In this document: one piece after another, positions 56,826 through 64,000 of the stretch
Layout: each line of letters opens with the position of its first letter
How positions within the stretch are numbered: the stretch's first letter is position 1
Assembly: GCA_938023735.1 (NCBI GenBank)
Contig: CALJDK010000025.1
Location: 33,057-97,056 of the forward strand
DNA: 64,000 nt
From: an uncultured Acidimicrobiales bacterium
GTDB lineage: Bacteria; Actinomycetota; Acidimicrobiia; Acidimicrobiales; SHLQ01
Reading direction: 5' to 3'
Notes under the pieces: model-generated
Seen by the model: only the letters and a program-made list of their open reading frames with translations
Told to the model about the DNA's origin: nothing
Database searches by the model: none
Program-made: the position numbers and the translations under genes

Positions 56826-58202
56826 TTAAAGCTCGAATTGCTGATAGCCGAGGGCGAATCCGTAGACGGCATTTACGTAGCTGTCGCTGTGGTTGTATGC
56901 GAAGTACCCGCGACGCAATCCCTCGCTGGTGGTGACGCCGCCAGCGGTACGGCAAAGGTAGTGGGCTGCGGAAAGCGCGGCATCGTAGAGGTTGTGGGGG
57001 TTTGCCTCGCCGTCGCCGTCGCCGTCGAGTCCGTTGCCAGCCCAGGTCGACGGTATGAACTGCATCGGGCCAACCGCCCGGTCGAAGATCGGGTCGCGAT
57101 CGAGTAGACCGCCGTCGGTATCGGTAATAACTGCGGTCTCGGAATCTCCATTGAGGGGGATGCCGATGATCTGCGGCGAAACAAATCCTGCGGCGTCGAC
57201 CGAGCTTGGGTCAGGGGTGCCGTTGTAGGTTCCGTGCCGGCTTTCGACCCGCCCGATTCCAGCGAGCATCCACCACTGTACGCCGCACCCGGGGTGGATG
57301 AGCTCGGAGGCGATGGCGGCGCTGTTGTAGGCGTCGAGGACGACCACATCAAATTCGAGTTCGGGGATGTAGGCCATGCGGCGATGGTCGCGAACGGCAG
57401 CCTCGAGTTCGGGGATCTTTGTCGACGACTCGAAGAGCGCAATGCTCCAGTCCTCGACGTCGTTTTGGGTTGACGTGGTGGTGAGGGCAACCCGGGCGAG
57501 TTGCTTTTCGTCGCTGGCTTGATCGACGTCGAGCGTTTCGAGCGACGCCTTGAGTCCGGCGCGGTTCTCGACCTGAACTTCTCCAACCTCTTCGATCAAC
57601 TGAAACGATCGGCCGCCTTCGTGGATCGAGGTGGGGTCGAGGCCTTGGATTTGGGTGTGGGCGTTGGTGGTTCCCGACGAGACATATTCGTTTACCGCAA
57701 GAGCCCGTAGGTGATTCTCGATACGGTCGAGCTCGAACACCAAGGCCCGGCGTTCGCGTCGGCGTTCAGAGAGGCGAGTACGGATCTCCTGCTTGGTGGC
57801 TTGTAGCTCCACAAGCAGTTCCTTGGCCGTGCCGAGCGATTCGCGGGCCTCGGCGATGAGTCGCAGCTGGTTGAGGTAGGTGCTGATGGCTTCGTCGTAT
57901 TCGGGGCTTGTTGCCGCTACTCGGTCGACCCCGGGGCTGAGCTCGGGATCGGGAATGAGGTCGCCGATCTCGACATTCTCAAGCTGCTCAAGAGTGAGTT
58001 GCTCGGGGCGGAGCACATCGGACTCGCCGGAGTCGTCGGCGGCGCTGGTGTCGGCCGTCGGTTCCTGAGCCGTTGCTGGGCCAGCCGAGGTAACGACGTT
58101 GATGAGCAGAGCTAGCACAAGCGCAACGAGCGCAGGCGACCGCCAACGACCGAAGTTCGGTAACGAAGGTGGGGAATGCTGGGGATGGTGACCAGGAGGC
58201 AC
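56826..58202 (-). CDS. secreted lytic transglycosylase-like protein with a coiled-coil N-terminal region
   Basis: Signal/TM segment ALVALVLALLINVV, a coiled-coil stretch, and a C-terminal WWMLAGIGRVESRHG...GPMQFIPSTW...NPHNLYDAALSAAHYL (SLT_2/MltB-like). Confidence 0.8.
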   Translation of the reverse strand: MPPGHHPQHSPPSLPNFGRWRSPALVALVLALLINVVTSAGPATAQEPTADTSAADDSGESDVLRPEQLTLEQLENVEIGDLIPDPELSPGVDRVAATSPEYDEAISTYLNQLRLIAEARESLGTAKELLVELQATKQEIRTRLSERRRERRALVFELDRIENHLRALAVNEYVSSGTTNAHTQIQGLDPTSIHEGGRSFQLIEEVGEVQVENRAGLKASLETLDVDQASDEKQLARVALTTTSTQNDVEDWSIALFESSTKIPELEAAVRDHRRMAYIPELEFDVVVLDAYNSAAIASELIHPGCGVQWWMLAGIGRVESRHGTYNGTPDPSSVDAAGFVSPQIIGIPLNGDSETAVITDTDGGLLDRDPIFDRAVGPMQFIPSTWAGNGLDGDGDGEANPHNLYDAALSAAHYLCRTAGGVTTSEGLRRGYFAYNHSDSYVNAVYGFALGYQQFEL

Positions 58203-58258
58203 CGATACCTATCGGCCCCGACGCGCCGGAACGAAGGGTCAGCGGCAGCAAATCTGGG

Positions 58259-59029
58259 TCATTCGGACCAATCATTCCGTGCTACGAGAATGTCTTTCAG
58301 TACTTGTGGTTCGTCGGTCATGATGCCGTCGACGCCGAGGTCGAGTAGCCGGGTGATCTCGGCGGGGTCATCGATGGTCCACACATGTACCTGCATGCCT
58401 TGCTCGTGGGCGGCGGCGATAAATCGCTCGTCGGCGACGGGAATTCCGCGCAGCGAAACCGGAACCTGCGCAGCAGCAGCAGTGAGCGATGGAATCGGAA
58501 CGCCATAGGATCCGATGCGCAGCGCGAGAGTTGCGAGCGGTCCCATCGAGGTGCAGAGTCGGGGCCCCAGCAGGTCGCGGATGGCGTTGAGTCGAGCATC
58601 GGAGAATGAGCCGATGCACACTCGATCGATCGCCCCGGTGTCGGTAATGAGGTCGGCGAGCGGCTTGATGCTTTCTTTGGCCTTGATATCGATATTTATG
58701 CGAGCGTTGGGGAAACTCGACAGTAGGTCGGCCATGAGCGGGATGGGTTCGGTGCCATCGATCCGTGCTTTGCTTACCTCGTCCCAAGGGAGGTCGTTGA
58801 TGGCGCCTTTGCTGTCGGTGACCCGGTCGAGCGAACTGTCATGGAACGCAACTAGGACGCCATCGGCGGTGGCGTGGACATCGGTTTCGAGGTACCGGTA
58901 CCCCATGTCGACCGCATGTTGGAACGCCGGCATCGTGTTCTCGGGGTGATTGCTGGTTCCGCCGCGATGGGCAAACGCCAGCGTGGTATCGAAATCGAGA
59001 TAGGGAAAAGACAGCGAGTTGTTCGACAC
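58259..59029 (-). CDS. glycerophosphodiester phosphodiesterase
   Basis: AHRGG...ENT..AF, YLETDVHATADG and WTID. Confidence 0.88.
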   Translation of the reverse strand: MSNNSLSFPYLDFDTTLAFAHRGGTSNHPENTMPAFQHAVDMGYRYLETDVHATADGVLVAFHDSSLDRVTDSKGAINDLPWDEVSKARIDGTEPIPLMADLLSSFPNARINIDIKAKESIKPLADLITDTGAIDRVCIGSFSDARLNAIRDLLGPRLCTSMGPLATLALRIGSYGVPIPSLTAAAAQVPVSLRGIPVADERFIAAAHEQGMQVHVWTIDDPAEITRLLDLGVDGIMTDEPQVLKDILVARNDWSE

Positions 59030-59111
59030 GGTGTCGAGAAACTACTGGGTGGACCGCCGCGAGTGACGAATCGGTGATCGGGGGCGGTCTCGCGCACGGT
59101 AGGTTAAGGGC

Positions 59112-59912
59112 GTGTCTGAAGGATTGACCGAGCAGTTCGCGTCGTTGGTTTCGGGGCCAGATTCGGCGATCGAGCTCGATCGGGCCATGTTGCTGATCGC
59201 AGCGCACGAGCGACCGAATCTTGACGTCGATCGGTGGTTGTCGAAACTCGATGAACTGGCGGCTGGCTGCTCGGAACCGACGCTCGACGGGGTGAGTCGG
59301 CAACTGTTTCGCTTCGACGGGTATACCGGGAACGCCGCCGACTACTACGACGTCGAAAACTCGTTGCTCGACCGGGTGCTCGAACGCAAGACCGGTATTC
59401 CCATCACCCTGTCGGTCCTAGCGATCGAGGTGGGTAAGCGTCTCGGCGTGCCGATGGCGCCCGTTGGTATGCCTGGGCATTTCCTGGTGCGCGACCGGGT
59501 GCTCGATGATGTGTTCGTCGACCCATTCCACGGTGGGGCAGTGCTGAGCGCGGCGCAGTGTCGTCGGTATTTCCATACGATGCACGGCCCGCAAGCCCCC
59601 TGGACCGATGACTACCTCAACCCGGTGGGCAAGGGAGCGGTGCTGTTTCGGACGCTCAACAACCTGCGAGCCATCTCGCACGGTACCGGCGAAACCGAAC
59701 GCGAGATCTGGGTTCTTCGGCTGATGAGCCGTATTCCCGGCATGCGCCACGAGCCGACGATGGCGCTCACCGATCTGCTGGTCGAGCGCGGCCGCTATGA
59801 CATGGCCGCCGATGAGTTCGACCTCTTCGCCGATGCGGTCGAGGACGAAATGCCACAGGTGGCAACGCAAAGTCGACATCGAGCGGTTGGGCTGAGGTCG
59901 CAGCTGAACTGA
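59112..59912 (+). CDS. transglutaminase-like (SirB1/YchA-type) family protein
   Basis: NADYYDVENSLLDRVLERKTGIPITLSVLAIEVGKRLGVPMAPVGMPGHFLV. Confidence 0.7.
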   Translation: MSEGLTEQFASLVSGPDSAIELDRAMLLIAAHERPNLDVDRWLSKLDELAAGCSEPTLDGVSRQLFRFDGYTGNAADYYDVENSLLDRVLERKTGIPITLSVLAIEVGKRLGVPMAPVGMPGHFLVRDRVLDDVFVDPFHGGAVLSAAQCRRYFHTMHGPQAPWTDDYLNPVGKGAVLFRTLNNLRAISHGTGETEREIWVLRLMSRIPGMRHEPTMALTDLLVERGRYDMAADEFDLFADAVEDEMPQVATQSRHRAVGLRSQLN

Positions 59913-59929
59913 CCCAATCGTCGCAGAAG

Positions 59930-59959
59930 CCAACTTCTGAGAAACCAACTTCTGAGAAA
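59930..59959. repeat. 15-bp tandem duplication (CCAACTTCTGAGAAA x2) in the flavin-reductase 5' region
   Basis: Read directly. Weaker related copies (TTCCGAGAAA, TCTGACAGAAA) follow, up to the ATG at 60000. Confidence 0.85.
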
Positions 59960-59999
59960 CAACACAGCCTTCCGAGAAATCTGACAGAAAGAACCGAAC

Positions 60000-60557
60000 A
60001 TGATCGACCGTGAACTCAAACGAAGCCTTGGGCAGATGATGCACGGCGTCCAGGTGGTTGGCGCGACTCACGAGGGTGTGTCCCGGGCCTATTGCTCGCA
60101 CTGGGTTTCGCAGGTTTCCTTCGAGGAACCAATCGTGATGGCGTCGGTGTCGCCGAAGCACGATACCTACCCGCTGCTCGCCGAGTCGGGCCGTTTTTCC
60201 GTGTCGATCATGGCGGGCGATCAAGTTGCCGCGGCGCAGTATTTCTCGTACCCGGGCCGGAAGTTTCGCTACATAGCCCCCGAATTTCTTGACGAGGTCA
60301 ACGGCCTCCCGCGGGTTATCGACTGCATTGCCTGGCTCGAATGCGACGTGATCGACCGGATCCACAAATTCGACCACGAACTGTTTTTTGCAAAGGTGGT
60401 TCATGTCGAACCCGGGCGGCTCAAACACCCGCCGCTGCTTTACTCGTCGCGTCTGGGCTGGCGGATTGCCGGCGACAAGGCCCGCGAACCGGGTACCTCG
60501 GTTCGCGACGGTTTGCTGGAGCGTTTGGAAGCGGCCGGCGAGAGCCCCGAAACCTAA
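60000..60557 (+). CDS. flavin reductase-like (FMN-binding split-barrel) protein
   Basis: GVQVVGATHEG...SQVSFEEPIVMASVSPKHDTYPLL...FSVSI matches the Flavin_Reduct pattern. Confidence 0.8.
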   Translation: MIDRELKRSLGQMMHGVQVVGATHEGVSRAYCSHWVSQVSFEEPIVMASVSPKHDTYPLLAESGRFSVSIMAGDQVAAAQYFSYPGRKFRYIAPEFLDEVNGLPRVIDCIAWLECDVIDRIHKFDHELFFAKVVHVEPGRLKHPPLLYSSRLGWRIAGDKAREPGTSVRDGLLERLEAAGESPET

Positions 60558-60604
60558 CCAGAATTCGCCGCGCTCTACGTGTTCAAGTGACTACGCTTGA
60601 CTGA

Positions 60605-62038
60605 GTGAAAAGACGAACCAAAATAATTGCAACCATCGGTCCGGCCTGCGACGACGAGATCGTCCTGAAGGGCATGATCGAAGCCGGTATGGATGTGGCC
60701 CGCATCAACATGTCCCACGGCTCCATCGAAGAGGGGCTTGAGCGGTTTCACCGCATCCGTAAGCTCAGCGAAGAATGCGGTCAGCGGGTCGGAATTCTGG
60801 TGGACCTCCCCGGACCAAAGGTTCGGTGTGCAACGTTCGGCGACGAGTACGTCCGCTTGGTGGCCGGCAGCACGGTGGAACTTCGGGTCGGCAACGACTC
60901 CTCCAACGCCGAAATCATCGAGGTTGCCTACGACGGACTGGTCGAAGACGTTCAGGTTGGCGACCGCCTCAACATGGGCGACGGTCGGGCCATCCTTGAG
61001 ATCACCGAGAAGCAACCCGACAAACTGCTGGCCAATGTGGCTCACGGCGGCAAGATCTCAGGTCGCCCCGGAATTCATGTGCCATCCGATCGACTCCGCA
61101 TCAATACCCCGACCCCCGAAGATCTTGAGATCTTGGACGCCTTTGTAGAGGTTGGCGTCGACATGGTGGCGTTGTCGTTTGTGCGATCGGCCCACGAAGT
61201 GCGCCGAGTGGGCACCGAACCCCACCCACGGGGTCCACTCATCGTCGCAAAGATCGAAACCCGAGCCGCGGTCGACAATCTTGAAGGCATCATCGAAGCA
61301 TCCGGAGCCATCATGGTGGCCCGTGGCGACCTGGGGAACGAGCTTTCCCTCGAAGAGCTTCCGGTTCTCCAGAAAGAAATCATCTCCAAATGCATCGCGT
61401 TAGGTCGGCCGGCCATCACCGCCACACAGATGCTTGAGTCGATGATCGATGCGCCGGCGCCAACCCGCGCCGAAGCATCCGACGTTGCCAACGCCGTCTG
61501 GGACGGGTCGTCGGTCGTGATGTTGTCGGGCGAGACCGCCGTCGGCGTTGACCCCATCAACGTGGTTCGCACCATGGGTCGCATCGCTCGACGAGCCGAT
61601 GAAGAGTTCGACCACAAGCGCTGGGCGCGCCGGATCGCCGAGCTTCGGATGACCAGCGAAGCCGACGCCAACTCGTCGGTAACCGACGCCATGACCATGG
61701 CGGCCTGGCGAGCTACCGACGAGCTCGGGGTGAAGACCATCGTTGCAGTATCGGGGAGCGGGTTTACCGTTCGCTCAATGGCACGGTTCCGCCCCGAGGC
61801 CAACATTCTTGGCTTCTCCTCGGACCCTCGCACCGTCAACCAGCTCTCGTTGAGCTGGGGCACGATTCCGGTCGCGTTGCCGGGGCACGTTTCGAGCAAC
61901 GAAGAAATGGCCTACGAAGCGGTGAAGACCGCGAAGGCGCTGGGCCATGTTACGACCGGTGAGCTGGTGGCCGTACTAGCTGGTGCCAGCACGTCGAGCC
62001 AGTCGGCAAACGTACTCCGGCTCGTACGGGTCGACTAA
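60605..62038 (+). CDS. pyk: pyruvate kinase
   Basis: GTG start. RRTKIIATIGPA, MDVARINMSHG, MVARGDLG and MLSGETA. Confidence 0.93.
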   Translation: MKRRTKIIATIGPACDDEIVLKGMIEAGMDVARINMSHGSIEEGLERFHRIRKLSEECGQRVGILVDLPGPKVRCATFGDEYVRLVAGSTVELRVGNDSSNAEIIEVAYDGLVEDVQVGDRLNMGDGRAILEITEKQPDKLLANVAHGGKISGRPGIHVPSDRLRINTPTPEDLEILDAFVEVGVDMVALSFVRSAHEVRRVGTEPHPRGPLIVAKIETRAAVDNLEGIIEASGAIMVARGDLGNELSLEELPVLQKEIISKCIALGRPAITATQMLESMIDAPAPTRAEASDVANAVWDGSSVVMLSGETAVGVDPINVVRTMGRIARRADEEFDHKRWARRIAELRMTSEADANSSVTDAMTMAAWRATDELGVKTIVAVSGSGFTVRSMARFRPEANILGFSSDPRTVNQLSLSWGTIPVALPGHVSSNEEMAYEAVKTAKALGHVTTGELVAVLAGASTSSQSANVLRLVRVD

Positions 62039-62041
62039 GGC

Positions 62042-62365
62042 TTACCTGTTACACCCGTACTCGACGTACTGGTCCTGGGTGATATCGACCTCAATCCCGT
62101 ACAGGCTGCACTCGCACGTTTTGGCACAGTCGCCGAGGTCGCTGCGCTGAATCCAGAGGGTGAACAGGAAGAGGGCAATCACGCCAAGGATCGACGCCTT
62201 GATGGCGAGCTTGGTGATGAATCGCACCACCCAGAACGCCGCAAAGAGCATCGCCAGGGTTACGAGCGGGATAATCCATCGCAGCCGGTCGGGCGTGAGA
62301 AACGACGGCAGCGAAACGGCAAGCATCGAGTGGGCCGCGACGACGGGAGCGATGGGGAAGGCCAT
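62042..62365 (-). CDS. membrane protein with a Cys-rich C-terminus (107 aa)
   Basis: Three hydrophobic segments and the tail DCAKTCECSLYG...YGCNR. No family recognised. Confidence 0.55.
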   Translation of the reverse strand: MAFPIAPVVAAHSMLAVSLPSFLTPDRLRWIIPLVTLAMLFAAFWVVRFITKLAIKASILGVIALFLFTLWIQRSDLGDCAKTCECSLYGIEVDITQDQYVEYGCNR

Positions 62366-62385
62366 GCCCCGAGCGTAATAGGCTT

Positions 62386-62829
62386 GTGGCCATGTCAGAC
62401 ATCAATCCTGTTCATCTCACCACCGGGCCACCGGAGACCATCCTTCCGCCCGAGCCGGCCGACGCACTCGCCGCGCTCGAGGCGGCGCTCAATGCTCCCG
62501 AAGCTGAGCGACGTACCGAGGTCGGCAAGGTGGTTTGCTCATGGCCCACCTTTTTGGCTGGTTGGGCTTCGATGGGTGACCTTGCAAGCGACGATGCCGA
62601 GGCGTACGCCGCCTACCGAGTGGGGTACCACCGTGGTCTCGACCGGCTCCGCCAAAACGGCTGGCGCGGCTCGGGCTATGTGCGATGGCAGCATGAGACC
62701 AACCGGGGCTTCCTGCGAGCGCTTGCGGGCTTGCAGCGCCTCGCGGCCACCATCGGTGAGTCCGACGAGGACGAGCGTTGCGCGCACTTTCTTCTACAAC
62801 TCGACCCGGCCTGGCCTCCGAGCGAATAG
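62386..62829 (+). CDS. DUF3151-family protein
   Basis: YRVGYHRGLDRLRQNGWRGSGYVRW.HETNRGFLRAL...IGESDEDERC..FLLQLDP matches the conserved actinobacterial DUF3151 pattern as I remember it. Confidence 0.75.
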   Translation: MAMSDINPVHLTTGPPETILPPEPADALAALEAALNAPEAERRTEVGKVVCSWPTFLAGWASMGDLASDDAEAYAAYRVGYHRGLDRLRQNGWRGSGYVRWQHETNRGFLRALAGLQRLAATIGESDEDERCAHFLLQLDPAWPPSE

Positions 62830-62882
62830 TTTCCAGCTAGTACAGAGCCGAGCGCCTGGGCGAAGAGCCCCCACACTGGCCC

Positions 62883-62920
62883 AAAAAGTGTGATGACCGA
62901 TCCGTAAGGATCGATCATCA
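62883..62920 (-). terminator. intrinsic terminator (minus-strand orientation)
   Basis: The 13-bp arms at 62891-62903 and 62908-62920 pair at 12 of 13 positions with a 4-nt loop. On the minus strand the hairpin is followed by ACACUUUUUGG. Confidence 0.65.
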
Positions 62921-63075
62921 GCATTCATTGTTGAAGTCTCATTACCTTCGGAAGTTCTTCCTACGTTTCCAACCTTTGGTTCTCGGTCATCTTGCGAATT
63001 GGAGTTCTTTGGGTTTTCTTCGTTGGTTTTGTTCTTCTGGTGATGGTTCTTCATCAACTACTCCTGCTCCATCGG
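62883..63075 (-). ncRNA. candidate small RNA or small hydrophilic ORF, divergent from mobA
   Basis: Low-GC, purine-rich (minus-strand) stretch with GGAGCAGGAG 6 nt before an ATG at 63054. The frame (MKNHHQKNKTNEENPKNSNSQDD...) has no stop before the terminator; the first stop is at 62794, inside the convergent gene. Confidence 0.3.
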
Positions 63076-63141
63076 ACGCTTGGCCCGGGACATAAGGGTT
63101 TCGGGAAGATTTCTTTTTGGCAGCCCGCTGGGCGAAGGTAG

Positions 63142-63777
63142 GTGGCTATGAACGTTGAACCCGTTGGCGGCTTTTCGGTGGCGGTACTTGCCGGAGGGTC
63201 GAGTCGGCGCATGGGCCGCGACAAGGCGCTTATCGAGATCGACGGTGAGACGATGGTGGCTCGGGTGCTGGCCGAGGCTCACAAATCCGCCGCAACCGTG
63301 GCGGTAGTGGTCGGTCGCGAACCAGGGCTCTGGGACGGGATTGTGTCGGTGCCCGACCGCTTCCCGGGCGAAGGGCCGCTCGGGGGACTGCTGACCGCGC
63401 TCGAAACCAGCTCGACTGATGTGGTGGTGCTCATGCCTTGCGACCTCATCCATCCGGCAGCGGCATCGGTGGATCTGGTGGCAACCACGCTCATCGAGAA
63501 TCCCTCGCTCGATGTTGTGGTGCCAGTGGTCAACAACCGTCGGCAATACGTGCAGGCTGCGTTTCGCCGCAGCACGGCTGTTCAACTCGGCGAACAGTTT
63601 GCCGGCGGACGTCGTTCTATCCACGACGGAATCGCCGAACTTGCCGTACTTGAGCTACCCGTCGAGGAGCCAGATTGGTTTGCCGACGCCGATGAGCCCA
63701 GCGATCTTCCGGTATCATCAGCCTCACTCACGAAGACCGATTCGCGGGACAACGTACCTTTCGGAGACGACACTTGA
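63142..63777 (+). CDS. mobA: molybdenum cofactor guanylyltransferase (MobA-like NTP transferase)
   Basis: VAVLAGGSSRRMGRDKALIEIDGETMV and LMPCDL. Start is the GTG at 63142 or the ATG at 63148. Confidence 0.8.
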   Translation: MAMNVEPVGGFSVAVLAGGSSRRMGRDKALIEIDGETMVARVLAEAHKSAATVAVVVGREPGLWDGIVSVPDRFPGEGPLGGLLTALETSSTDVVVLMPCDLIHPAAASVDLVATTLIENPSLDVVVPVVNNRRQYVQAAFRRSTAVQLGEQFAGGRRSIHDGIAELAVLELPVEEPDWFADADEPSDLPVSSASLTKTDSRDNVPFGDDT

Positions 63778-64000
63778 ATTCAGTACCAGAACAGGGCATC
63801 GATGCGCTTGAAGCGGCACTCGCCGCAGGTGCCCCGTTACTCGACGTTCGCGAGGCCGATGAGTGGCACGACGAGCGGATCGATGGTGGTCTGCACATCG
63901 CACTCGGTGATGTGCCCGCCCGAGTCGACGACATCAAGGCCCACATTTCTGCCCATCCTGCTGACTCGGGTGAGTCCAGCGAACTTTGGGTGGTGTGTGC
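63774..64000 (+). CDS. rhodanese-domain protein (5' part; runs off the window)
   Basis: The TTG overlaps the mobA stop (TTGA). Hand translation gives LNSVPEQGIDALEAALAAGAPLLDVREADEWHDERIDGGLHIALGDV...ELWVVC, a rhodanese pattern up to the active-site Cys region. Confidence 0.7.
   Translation, partial: MNSVPEQGIDALEAALAAGAPLLDVREADEWHDERIDGGLHIALGDVPARVDDIKAHISAHPADSGESSELWVVC

Overview
High-GC actinobacterial-type chromosomal segment, densely coding on both strands, with about 70 genes, many joined by ATGA/GTGA/TAATG start-stop overlaps. Most of it is conserved housekeeping. The genes include pncA/pncB, metX, a DEAD-box helicase, lgt, nrdJ-tdk and a divergent LysM/lexA pair with actinobacterial SOS boxes. 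Further along are gdh, dapE-dapC and the hflX-dapF-miaA-(kinase-like)-miaB-recA run. Next is a seven-gene desaturase-TetR-ADH-ACAD-ECH-P450(relic)-FadD operon. The remainder includes msrB, MoxR-DUF58-transglutaminase, cinA-pgsA-rimO, ftsK, pyk and mobA. There is one tRNA-Gly(GCC). I saw no rRNA, CRISPR array, or intact integrase or transposase. The main points worth a second look are listed here. (1) A 1.7-kb insertion without an integrase sits in the tRNA-Gly terminator. It is bounded by 23-bp perfect direct repeats and carries a DUF2510-DUF4041-T5orf172 (GIY-YIG-like) gene plus a coupled small basic ORF. (2) A 420-bp repeat-filled leader (3 x 59-bp tandem units plus four 13-bp pseudo-palindromes) lies upstream of the desaturase-TetR operon. 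(3) The 300-nt nrdJ leader contains a 16-bp long-range inverted repeat, with no nrdR gene at this spot. (4) A purine-rich, low-GC candidate sRNA or small ORF ends at a canonical terminator before any in-frame stop. (5) An orphan gamma-class N6-adenine DNA methyltransferase overlaps metX. (6) A P450 gene has an internal deletion. (7) A roughly 1-kb low-GC gap may hold a possible transposase relic. All functional calls come from reading the translated ORFs for family motifs. No database search was run.
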